From the NCBI GenBank assembly GCA_964195905.1, contig CAXMQV010000013.1:3482-67481 (forward strand): 64,000 nt of DNA, given 5' to 3'. Below the pieces are notes generated by a model. It was not told the DNA's origin. It ran no database searches and saw only the letters and a list, made by a program, of their open reading frames with translations. The stretch is from an uncultured Gammaproteobacteria bacterium. GTDB lineage: Bacteria > Actinomycetota > Acidimicrobiia > Spongiisociales > SHLN01. Position 1 is the stretch's first letter. Every line of letters begins with the position of its first letter. The position numbers were made by a program, and so were the translations under genes. Positions 1 through 8,349 of this stretch are shown one piece after another.

Positions 1-678
1 GGCCGGCGTTGATGAGCTGTAGGGGAGGCTCATACCGAGCGCTTCGATCGCCGAAGCCATCGTGTTGGCGGTATACATGCCGCCGCAAGCGCCGGCACCG
101 GGGCAGGCGTGGCGGACGATATCGAACCGTTCTTCCTCGGTGATGCGCTCGGCGATGTACTCGCCGTAGGACTGGAAAGCCGACACGATGTCGAGCGCAT
201 CACCACCGGGGGCGAAGCCGGCCCGGATGGTCCCGCCGTACACCATGAGCGAGGGGCGATTCACCCGGCCCATGGCCATGATCGAACCGGGCATGTTCTT
301 GTCGCAACCGGGGATGGACACATTGGCGTCGTACCACTGGGCCGACATGACCGTCTCAATGGAATCCGCGATGAGGTCCCGGCTCTGAAGCGAGTAGCTC
401 ATCCCTTCCGTGCCCATCGAGATGCCGTCCGACACGCCGATCGTGTTGAACCGCATCCCAACCAGACCGGCGGCGGTCATGCCCTCCTTGACCCTGGCGG
501 CCAGTTCATCGAGGTGCATGTTGCAGGAGTTGCCCTCGTACCACATGCTGGCGATCCCAACCTGGGCCTTGTTCATGTCGGCTTCGGTGAGCCCGGTGGC
601 ATAGAGCATCGCCTGGGAAGCTCCCTGTGAGGCGGGCTGGGTGATGCGACGGCTGGTTCGGTTGATGTCGGTGGCCAT
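1..678 (-). CDS. ilvD: Dihydroxy-acid dehydratase (5' part; runs off window start)
   Basis: Not in the ORF track. Minus-strand frame from ATG 678 reads [55 protein letters not shown]...GCDKNMPG...[12 protein letters not shown], which are IlvD motifs. Confidence 0.95.
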   Translation of the reverse strand, partial: MATDINRTSRRITQPASQGASQAMLYATGLTEADMNKAQVGIASMWYEGNSCNMHLDELAARVKEGMTAAGLVGMRFNTIGVSDGISMGTEGMSYSLQSRDLIADSIETVMSAQWYDANVSIPGCDKNMPGSIMAMGRVNRPSLMVYGGTIRAGFAPGGDALDIVSAFQSYGEYIAERITEEERFDIVRHACPGAGACGGMYTANTMASAIEALGMSLPYSSSTPA

Positions 679-721
679 GCGGGCATGTTAGGTGCCGGGC
701 CTGGTCAGATAGCCTGCCGGC

Positions 722-1852
722 ATGGATGAGCGGGGCTTGCGAGATCTGATGGAACGGCTCCGGCGCGTGGGTGAGGCCCACGGTGGCGTTGGCCTCGGGG
801 TCTGTTCGGTAGAACCGTTCGAACCGGTGCGCGCCGAGATGGAGCGCAGGCTCGAATCGGGAGAAGCCGGGCGACGGCGGTTCACCTACACCGACCCGGC
901 GGCGGCGACCGATGTGCGTTCCACCTACTCGTGGGCCGAGCGACTCGTCGTCGCCACCGTCACGTATTTGCCGGAAGCCGGTCGGCCCGGCCCGCCGGCC
1001 GCCAACACCGGCCGGATCGCCCGCTTTGCCACCACCGACCAGTACGTGCCTCTGCGGGGGCTCCTGGCCGGGTTGTCCGAGGAACTGGAGAGCGCCGGGT
1101 TCCGGGCCGAACCGCTCGCCGACGACAACCGCCTCGTCGACCGGGCCGCCGCTGTCAGGGCTGGTGTTGCCTGGTGGGGGAAGAGCACGATGGCGCTCGC
1201 TCCCAAATATGGGCCGTGGCTCTTGCTCGGCTCGGTCGTTACCGACGCGGCGTTGCCCGTGAGCGAACCGATGGTGCGCGACTGCGGGACCTGCACCGCC
1301 TGCATCCCCGCCTGTCCAACCGGGGCCCTGGATTCCGTAGGTGTGCTCGACGCCACCCGTTGCATCTCCTACTGGGCTCAGACGCCGGGATTGATTCCGT
1401 TGGAAATCCGGGAGGCGTGGGGAGATCGGCTGTACGGATGCGACGACTGTCTCGAAGCCTGCCCGCCCGGAGAACGGCTCGAGCACCAATCCGAATCGGT
1501 GGCCGGTCGGGTCGACCTCATCGAGTTGCTGGCCGGCGAAGATGCCGAACTGCTCGCCGAGTATGGGCACTTCTACATCCCGCGCCGCGATGCTCGATTC
1601 CTCAGGCGCAATGCCCTCGTAGCCCTCGGCCACAGCGGCACGAGCGAGGCTGTGCCGGTCTTGACCGGGTACCTGCAATCTCCCGTGGCCGTGCTGCGAG
1701 CCCACGCCGCCTGGGCACTCGGCCGGCTTGACGCATCGTCGGCAGCCCCGGCAATGGAGGAGGCGGCCGCCGTCGAAACCGACGAGACGGTTCACGGCGA
1801 ATTGGTGGCTGCGCTCGAGCGTCTTCACGGGCCGGATGGCCCGGTACGCTGA
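722..1852 (+). CDS. queG: Epoxyqueuosine reductase
   Basis: CGTCTACIPACPTGAL and GCDDCLEACP Fe-S motifs, LDATRCISYW, C-terminal HEAT-like RRNALVALG...HAAWALG. Confidence 0.93.
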   Translation: MDERGLRDLMERLRRVGEAHGGVGLGVCSVEPFEPVRAEMERRLESGEAGRRRFTYTDPAAATDVRSTYSWAERLVVATVTYLPEAGRPGPPAANTGRIARFATTDQYVPLRGLLAGLSEELESAGFRAEPLADDNRLVDRAAAVRAGVAWWGKSTMALAPKYGPWLLLGSVVTDAALPVSEPMVRDCGTCTACIPACPTGALDSVGVLDATRCISYWAQTPGLIPLEIREAWGDRLYGCDDCLEACPPGERLEHQSESVAGRVDLIELLAGEDAELLAEYGHFYIPRRDARFLRRNALVALGHSGTSEAVPVLTGYLQSPVAVLRAHAAWALGRLDASSAAPAMEEAAAVETDETVHGELVAALERLHGPDGPVR

Positions 1853-1870
1853 TCCCATGAAGGGACGCTC

Positions 1871-2146
1871 ATGAGAGCCGTGTTTGGAATCGCCCTCGGG
1901 TTCGGGGCGGTCATGCTGTTGACGTGGATCGCGGCGGTCGGCGTCTCCCAATCCGTCGAGGGCTGGGCGAAGGTTGACCCCGATGCCCGCTTCGGTCTGA
2001 CCGGCCGCCGGGTGGTGGCCGGGGTGTTCGGGTTCGGAATGGCCGGCCTCTCCGCCGCCTATGCCGGTTGGCCGATGGCCGTTGCGACACTGGCGGCTGC
2101 CGCCGGAGCGGTGGTGGCCGCGGCGGTCGCCGGCCTGGCCAAATGA
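1871..2146 (+). CDS. Small membrane protein (about 3 TM; weakly like the NfeD-type membrane part)
   Basis: Hydrophobic ORF with VFGFGMAGL; ATGA overlap with the next gene. Confidence 0.7.
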   Translation: MRAVFGIALGFGAVMLLTWIAAVGVSQSVEGWAKVDPDARFGLTGRRVVAGVFGFGMAGLSAAYAGWPMAVATLAAAAGAVVAAAVAGLAK

Positions 2147-2907
2147 TCCTCATTGCCGATGTTCATGGGGCGAGCCAGAAGCTGCGACATCTCGTGGATT
2201 CTCTCGACGAGCCGCTTCTCGTGCTCGGCGACCTCATCAACTTCACCGACTATCGCACCTACGAAGGCATCCTCGCCGACCTGTCGGGCATCGATTTCGT
2301 CCGGCAGCTCGTCGAGCTGCGAATGGCCGGCCGCTTCGATGAGGCCCGGAGCCTGTGGCGGCAATTGAGCGACGGCAATGAACAGGACCTGAGGGTTCGC
2401 CATGCCGAGTTGGTTGACGCTGCCTACCGTGAAATCGGAGCGGCACTCGAGGGGGCCGGCGCCTACGTGACCTACGGAAATGTCGACCGGGTCGAAGTCC
2501 TCACCAAGCACCTTCCTGCCGACAACCGGTTTGTCGATCACGAGCGGCTCGAAATTGAAGGCTGGGAGGTCGGCATCATGGGCGGCGGTGTCACTTCAGG
2601 TCTGAATGTGCCCGGCGAGCTGTCAGAAGATGAAATGGAAACCCGGCTCGCTGCCCTCGGACCGGTCGACATCCTCTGCACCCACGTGGCGCCCGCCGTC
2701 GGGCCGCTTGCGCGAGACGTAGTCGGGGGGATGTCGAAGGGGTCACGGGCCGTGCTCGATTACCTGGAGCGCCATCAGCCTCGCCATCACTATTTCGGTG
2801 ATGTTCATCAGCCGCAGGCTTCCCGGTGGTGGGTCGGGAGCACCCTTTCCACCAATGTTGGCTACTTCCGGGCCACCGGTCACGGGGTCCGCCACCTCGC
2901 CGCCTGA
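2143..2907 (+). CDS. Calcineurin-like metallophosphoesterase
   Basis: ATG 2143 overlaps the upstream stop; motifs ADVHG, LGDLIN, YGNVD, THVAP, FGDVHQP. Confidence 0.88.
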   Translation: MILIADVHGASQKLRHLVDSLDEPLLVLGDLINFTDYRTYEGILADLSGIDFVRQLVELRMAGRFDEARSLWRQLSDGNEQDLRVRHAELVDAAYREIGAALEGAGAYVTYGNVDRVEVLTKHLPADNRFVDHERLEIEGWEVGIMGGGVTSGLNVPGELSEDEMETRLAALGPVDILCTHVAPAVGPLARDVVGGMSKGSRAVLDYLERHQPRHHYFGDVHQPQASRWWVGSTLSTNVGYFRATGHGVRHLAA

Positions 2908-2952
2908 TTCGGGTACGGGGCTAGCCTTTGGCTCGCAACGCAAGGAGTTCCA

Positions 2953-3405
2953 ATGGTTGAGGGCACCGTACAAACGATCCAGGTGGAAGCACCGGCCGAA
3001 GTGGTATTTGATGTCGCCGCCCACGTCGAGAACTTCCCGGAGTGGGCGACCGGTGTGCGCGAGACCGAAGTGCTCGAAGTCAATGAGGACGGCACGCCGG
3101 CCCGAGCCAAGCTGGTTGTCGATGGGATGATCCGCACCATCACCTATGTGCTCAACTACACCTACGACGGCATCGCCCGTATCGAGTGGACCGCCGAGCC
3201 CGGCGACGATATCGCCGAGATGGAGGGCCGCTACGAGTTCTACGAGCTCGACAATGGTGACACTGAGGTCGTCTACGCGCTGAAGGTCGAACCGAACTTC
3301 AAGGTGCCCGGACTGCTGCGGCGCCAGGCCGAGAAGCAGATCGTCGGAACGGCGCTGCGCGGGCTCCGCGACCGGTCGGAGGAGCTGGCCTCGGCCGCAG
3401 ACTGA
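2953..3405 (+). CDS. SRPBCC/START (cyclase-dehydrase, Coq10-like) lipid-binding protein
   Basis: IQVEAPAEVVFDVAAHVENFPEW pattern; AAGGAG RBS. Confidence 0.88.
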   Translation: MVEGTVQTIQVEAPAEVVFDVAAHVENFPEWATGVRETEVLEVNEDGTPARAKLVVDGMIRTITYVLNYTYDGIARIEWTAEPGDDIAEMEGRYEFYELDNGDTEVVYALKVEPNFKVPGLLRRQAEKQIVGTALRGLRDRSEELASAAD

Positions 3406-4571
3406 TGCGAGTTCTGCTCATTACCGGCAAGGGAGGGGTCGGCAAGACGACTGTTGCCGCCGCCACCGCCCTCAAGGCGGCCGACCTCGGTTACCGCACG
3501 CTCATCATGTCGACCGACCCGGCTCACAGCCTGGCCGACGCCTTCGACGTCCCCCTCGGCGATGAGCCGCAACCGGTGAGCGACAATCTCGTTGCCCAGC
3601 AAATCGACTCCCAGCATCGGCTCGAGCTGTACTGGGGTGAGGTCCGCGACTACCTGACCGATGTGTTCGATTGGAGCGGGCTACGCGGCATCGAGGCGGA
3701 GGAACTGGCCGTGTTCCCGGGCATGGACGAACTGTTCGCGCTGGCCGACGTGAAGGATCACGCCATCTCCGGCGCCTACGACCTGCTCGTCGTCGACTGC
3801 GCTCCGACCGCCGAAACGCTGCGGCTCCTCTCCTTGCCCGAGATCCTCGGCTGGTACATGGACAAGATCTTCCCGGTGGAGCGGAAGGTTGTGAAAGCGA
3901 TGCGCCCGGTCCTCAATCGGATGGTGTCGATGCCCATCGCCGGCGATGAGGTGTTCGAAGCGGCCGAAGGGTTCTATGGGCGCATCCAGGGCGTGCGCGA
4001 CATCCTCACCAACCCGTTCGTTACCAGTGCCCGGCTCGTCCTCAACCCCGAGAAGATGGTGATCAACGAGGCGAGGCGCACCTACACCTACCTCGGACTG
4101 TTCGGGTACGCGGTTGACGGAGTGATCGTCAATCGGGTCCTCCCGGATACGATCACCGACCCGTACTTCAAACGGTGGCAGCAGGTCCAGGCCGACTATC
4201 TCGTCGACATCGAGGAAGGCTTCGCCGATGTCGAGATCCGGCGGCTGAGATTGTTCGATGAAGAGATGGTCGGGGTCGACAAGCTCCGTTTGCTCGGCGA
4301 CGAGTTGTACTCCGACGTCGACCCGGTCGATCGTCTGTCCGAGAGCGAGCCCTTCCAGGTGCTCGACGAGGGGGATGACGTAATCCTTGCGGTGGCCGTC
4401 CCGTTTGCCGAGAAAGGAGATGTGGACGTCGTGCGATTCTCCGACGAACTGATCATCACCGTCGGCTCATACCGGCGGGCATTCATTCTGCCGAATTCCC
4501 TCCGTCGGAGAGAAGTGCGGCGCGCTCAGTTGGAAGATGGAGTCCTGCGTGTCACGTTTGGAGAGAAGTAA
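3405..4571 (+). CDS. ArsA/Get3-family ATPase with C-terminal HSP20-like domain
   Basis: GKGGVGKTT, STDPAHSL, DCAPT motifs; beta-rich tail ...ELIITVGSYRRAFILP...AQLEDGVLRVTF; only one Cys, so no metalloid site. Confidence 0.92.
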   Translation: MRVLLITGKGGVGKTTVAAATALKAADLGYRTLIMSTDPAHSLADAFDVPLGDEPQPVSDNLVAQQIDSQHRLELYWGEVRDYLTDVFDWSGLRGIEAEELAVFPGMDELFALADVKDHAISGAYDLLVVDCAPTAETLRLLSLPEILGWYMDKIFPVERKVVKAMRPVLNRMVSMPIAGDEVFEAAEGFYGRIQGVRDILTNPFVTSARLVLNPEKMVINEARRTYTYLGLFGYAVDGVIVNRVLPDTITDPYFKRWQQVQADYLVDIEEGFADVEIRRLRLFDEEMVGVDKLRLLGDELYSDVDPVDRLSESEPFQVLDEGDDVILAVAVPFAEKGDVDVVRFSDELIITVGSYRRAFILPNSLRRREVRRAQLEDGVLRVTFGEK

Positions 4572-4744
4572 TGAGCCCTGAAGAGGAAGAAGAGCGAGTT
4601 AAGCGGGCCGCCCAACGAGCCGGCTACCACCTCGTGAAAGCTGCCTCCGAGGTCCTGGCCGCCATCGGTGCCGTCCTCGAAGAGTTGCGCGGTCCTGAAG
4701 GCGACGATGCCGATGCCCGGGTCGTCCACATCGACGTCGAATAA
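4571..4744 (+). CDS. 57-aa small protein, below the ORF-track cutoff
   Basis: MSPEEEEERVKRAAQRAGYHLVKAASEVLAAIGAVLEELRGPEGDDADARVVHIDVE*; TAATG overlaps at both ends exactly fill the gap between neighbours. Confidence 0.8.
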   Translation: MSPEEEEERVKRAAQRAGYHLVKAASEVLAAIGAVLEELRGPEGDDADARVVHIDVE

Positions 4745-4959
4745 TGGCGTCCGACGAGATCGTCGAAGTAGGACGTTTTTTCAATGTGATTGAGGGCGAG
4801 GTGGCGTGCGCCCGGCTGCGGGCACTCGACATCAAGGCATATCTCAAAACGGATAACGCCGGCGGCATCCATCCCGAGCTGAACTTCACCCGCGGCATTC
4901 GCCTCATGGTGCTGGCCGCGGATGAGGATCGGGCCCGGACGGCTCTGGAGGCCGACTGA
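4744..4959 (+). CDS. DUF2007-like putative signal-transducing small protein
   Basis: IEGEVACARLRALDIKAYL...GIRLMVLAADEDRARTAL pattern. Confidence 0.75.
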   Translation: MASDEIVEVGRFFNVIEGEVACARLRALDIKAYLKTDNAGGIHPELNFTRGIRLMVLAADEDRARTALEAD

Positions 4960-4986
4960 GCGGTCGCTCACTAGGCTGCCTGGCTC

Positions 4987-5379
4987 ATGACGAACCTCTC
5001 TGGCCGCGCCGGTAACCCGGCGGTCGACAAGGCCATCTCGGCCATCCCGAATCTGACCAAACTCGCCTACCGCCTGATGCGGGATCCCCGCCTGCCGGTC
5101 AAACAGAAGGCGTTCGTTGGCGCAGCCCTCGCCTACCTGGTGGCGCCCGTCGACGTCATCCCGGACTTCATTCCGCTGATCGGCCGTGTCGACGATCTCG
5201 TCATCCTGGCGCTGGCTCTCAATTCGATACTCGAGGCGGCAGGCGAGACAATCGTGCACGAGCACTGGGAGGGCACCGGAGACGTGCTGGACATCATCAC
5301 CGGTGCCATCGAATGGGGGGCTTCCCTCGTCCCGTGGCCGGTGCGCCGGACCATCAAGCGCTACCTGAGAGGGTTCTAG
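4987..5379 (+). CDS. YkvA/DUF1232 membrane protein
   Basis: [22 protein letters not shown] signature. Confidence 0.9.
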   Translation: MTNLSGRAGNPAVDKAISAIPNLTKLAYRLMRDPRLPVKQKAFVGAALAYLVAPVDVIPDFIPLIGRVDDLVILALALNSILEAAGETIVHEHWEGTGDVLDIITGAIEWGASLVPWPVRRTIKRYLRGF

Positions 5380-5419
5380 GAAAGCTCACATTTCCGTGCC
5401 GTCCCGCTACCTTGACGGC

Positions 5420-6592
5420 ATGGAATTTCGTCGCATCTCAAATCTTCCACCCTACGTGTTCGCCGAGGTCAATCAGCTCAAACTCGATGCCCGCCGGGCC
5501 GGCGAAGACATCGTCGATCTCGGCTTCGGGAACCCTGACATCCCCTCCCCACCCGCCGTGGTCGAGAAGCTTGTCGAGGCCGCCCGCCAGGAGAAGAACC
5601 ACCGCTACTCGGCCTCGCGGGGCATACCCAATCTCCGCAAGGCGATAGCCGATCGATACCAGCGCCGGTTCGGTGTGACCCTCGATCCGGACACCGAGGC
5701 GATCACGACCATCGGGGCCAAGGAGGGCCTGTCCCATCTCATGTGGACGCTCGTGCAGCCGGGCGACGTGGCGCTCGTGCCCGAACCGTCCTATCCCATT
5801 CACATCTACGCCCCGGTCCTGGCCGGAGCTGAGGTGCGCACCGTCCACCTGAGCCTCGACACCGACTTTTTCGAGCGGCTCCGCGAGGAATTTGTCCAGA
5901 GCTGGCCCCGGCCCAGGGTGATCCTCACCTCGTTTCCTCACAACCCGACCACGGCGGTCGTGGAGCTCGACTTCTTCGAACGACTTGTGGCCTTTGCCAA
6001 GGAGAACGACGTCTTTCTCGTCAACGATTTTGCCTACGCCGACGTCCACTACGACGGCTACGTGCCTCCGTCCTTGCTGGAGGTGCCCGGCGCCAAGGAT
6101 GTTGGGGTCGAGCTGTACACCCTTACAAAGGGCCACTCGATGGCCGGCTGGCGAGTGGGTTTCGTGGTCGGCAACGCCGAGGCGATCGGTGCCCTCGCCA
6201 AGCTCAAGTCCTACCTCGACTACGGCACATTTCAACCGATTCAGATCGCCTCGATCATCGCCCTCAACGAGCAAGACGAGTATCCCGCCAAGGTCTCGGC
6301 CATCTACAAGAAACGCCGGGACATTCTCGTGGACGGGCTCAACCGGGCAGGCTGGAAGGTGGAGAAGCCGGCGGCCACCATGTTCGTCTGGGCGGAGATT
6401 CCGGGCCCGTATGCCGAGATGGGCTCGATGGAATTCACCAAGTTCCTGCTGCGAGAAGCCAAAGTGGCGGTCAGTCCCGGCGTCGGGTTCGGTCCGTCGG
6501 GTGAGGGCTATATCCGGTTTGCGCTCGTCGAGAACGAGCACCGCATCGCCCAGGCAGTGAAAGGCATTCGCAAGGCCCTGACCAAGCTGTAG
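5420..6592 (+). CDS. alaC: PLP-dependent class I aminotransferase, AlaC-like
   Basis: [43 protein letters not shown]; ATG 5420 lies 6 nt after TACCTT. Confidence 0.8.
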   Translation: MEFRRISNLPPYVFAEVNQLKLDARRAGEDIVDLGFGNPDIPSPPAVVEKLVEAARQEKNHRYSASRGIPNLRKAIADRYQRRFGVTLDPDTEAITTIGAKEGLSHLMWTLVQPGDVALVPEPSYPIHIYAPVLAGAEVRTVHLSLDTDFFERLREEFVQSWPRPRVILTSFPHNPTTAVVELDFFERLVAFAKENDVFLVNDFAYADVHYDGYVPPSLLEVPGAKDVGVELYTLTKGHSMAGWRVGFVVGNAEAIGALAKLKSYLDYGTFQPIQIASIIALNEQDEYPAKVSAIYKKRRDILVDGLNRAGWKVEKPAATMFVWAEIPGPYAEMGSMEFTKFLLREAKVAVSPGVGFGPSGEGYIRFALVENEHRIAQAVKGIRKALTKL

Positions 6593-6666
6593 CGGGACAA
6601 CCGCCACCGCCCATTGGCCGTGGGTCCGCACACGGAATCTGGTGCAGCCGCGTATGCTGGCTCACC

Positions 6667-7494
6667 ATGCCTCTCTATATGGACGTTCATCCTGGTCTCG
6701 GCGACGCCACGCCCGACGACGTCGCCGCCGCCCATCGCCACGACCTCGAGATTCAAGGCGAGTACGGCGTTCACTTCCTCAGTTACTGGTTCTCTGATCC
6801 GGAGGGCAAGGCGTTCTGCCTGGCCGAGGCGCCCGATGCCGCGTCGCTGGCAGCGTGCCACAAAGCGGCTCACGGTCTCATGCCGCACGAGGTCATCGAA
6901 GTCGCCGCCCCGACCCTGGCCCAGTTCATGGGCGACACCGCAAACGACGAAACCGACCGGGTGACAGTCGAGGGTCGGCCAGACACCGCTCTCCGGGCAA
7001 TTATGTTCACCGATATTGAGGGCTCGACTGCAGTGAGCACCAGTCGAGGTGACAAAACCGCCTTTGAGCTGGTGCGACGACACGATCGGGTCGTCAAGGA
7101 GGCACTCCAGCAGAGCGGTGGGAGCATCGTCAAGCACACCGGCGACGGGATGTTCGTGAGTTTCACGTCGGTACTCCGGGCGGTGGAGGCCTCGATCAAG
7201 ATCCACCGGGGAATCACAACGGCCGCCCAGGGGGAGCCGACGCTTGCGGTCAAGATCGGCCTCACCGTTGGTGAGCCGGTCGAGGATAGTGATGACCTGT
7301 TCGGCGCTTCCGTCAATCTGGCTGCTCGCATCTGTGCCCATGCCGGCGGCGGTCAAACGCTTGCTTCGGGCACGGTGCGTGATCTCGCCATCGGCAAGGG
7401 GATCGACTTTCGGGCCATGGGTGAGATCGGCCTCAAGGGGTTTCCCGATCCCGTCTCGCTCTTTGAAGTCGGCTGGGCCGAGCCCGGCGTCTGA
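6667..7494 (+). CDS. SCO4226/DUF4242 nickel-binding-type domain fused to class III adenylate cyclase
   Basis: N-terminal MPLYMDVH...AHRHDL...YW...FCLAEAP...HKAAHG; cyclase motifs FTDIEGST, KHTGDG, DLFGASVNLAAR. Confidence 0.88.
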   Translation: MPLYMDVHPGLGDATPDDVAAAHRHDLEIQGEYGVHFLSYWFSDPEGKAFCLAEAPDAASLAACHKAAHGLMPHEVIEVAAPTLAQFMGDTANDETDRVTVEGRPDTALRAIMFTDIEGSTAVSTSRGDKTAFELVRRHDRVVKEALQQSGGSIVKHTGDGMFVSFTSVLRAVEASIKIHRGITTAAQGEPTLAVKIGLTVGEPVEDSDDLFGASVNLAARICAHAGGGQTLASGTVRDLAIGKGIDFRAMGEIGLKGFPDPVSLFEVGWAEPGV

Positions 7495-7556
7495 CGGCTC
7501 CCGGGCTGCCGAGCTTTCCGTAGTCTTGGGGAGTTCACCAGCCAGAGAGGGCAGCC

Positions 7557-8336
7557 ATGGCCGCGAGCCACGAAGTCGATTTCCAGATCTACGGCGACGA
7601 CATGCAGTTCGTCGAGATCGAGCTCGATCCCGCCGAGACGGTGATCGCCGAAGCCGGAGCCATGATGTATCTGGAGGACGGCATCAACTTCGAATCGGTC
7701 ATGGGCGATGGCTCGACTCCGGATGAGGGCCTGTTCGGCAAGTTGAAGGGAGCCGGCAAGCGGGCACTGACCGGCGAATCGTTGTTCATGACGCATTTCA
7801 CGAATGAGGGCAGCAGCAAGGCTCGTGTGGCGTTCGCTGCTCCTTACCCCGGCAAGATTGTGCCGGTCGACCTGAGCTCGGTAGGGGGCAGGCTCATCTG
7901 CCAGAAAGATGCCTTCCTGTGCGCCGCCAAAGGAACCAAGGTTGGGATCGCCTTCAACAAGAAGATAGGGGCGGGGTTCTTCGGCGGGGAGGGCTTCATT
8001 CTCCAGGACCTGCAGGGCGATGGCCTCGTGTTCATCCATGCCGGAGGAACAGTGGTCGAGCGGCGATTGGACGGAAACAGTCTCCGAGTCGATACGGGCT
8101 GCCTGGTCGCCTTCGAGCCGGGGGTCTCTTACGACATCGCCCGGGCCGGGAAGCTCAAGTCTCAGGTGTTCGGAGGCGAGGGCCTCTTCATGGCCACCTT
8201 GCAGGGAACCGGGCGGGTCTGGGTCCAGTCGCTTCCGTTCTCACGCTTGGCCGACCGGATCGCGCCGTTCGGCGGCGGGAGTGGTCAGGGTGAGGGCTCA
8301 CTCATTGGTGGGCTCAGCAACGTGTTCGAGCGCTAG
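7557..8336 (+). CDS. TIGR00266/AIM24 family protein
   Basis: [44 protein letters not shown]. Confidence 0.92.
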   Translation: MAASHEVDFQIYGDDMQFVEIELDPAETVIAEAGAMMYLEDGINFESVMGDGSTPDEGLFGKLKGAGKRALTGESLFMTHFTNEGSSKARVAFAAPYPGKIVPVDLSSVGGRLICQKDAFLCAAKGTKVGIAFNKKIGAGFFGGEGFILQDLQGDGLVFIHAGGTVVERRLDGNSLRVDTGCLVAFEPGVSYDIARAGKLKSQVFGGEGLFMATLQGTGRVWVQSLPFSRLADRIAPFGGGSGQGEGSLIGGLSNVFER

Positions 8337-8349
8337 CTCGCCGATCGAA

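Noticed and set aside
506-1951. Long antisense or alternate-frame ORFs (481 aa here; also 48294-50552, 14889-16010, 18689-19810, 26448-27554)
   Set aside because: They are shadows of well-supported genes in high-GC DNA, Arg/Pro/Gly-rich and without motifs.
3405-4571. Arsenic-resistance pump ArsA
   Set aside because: Single ATPase domain, no metalloid-binding Cys cluster, no arsB, arsC or arsR nearby.
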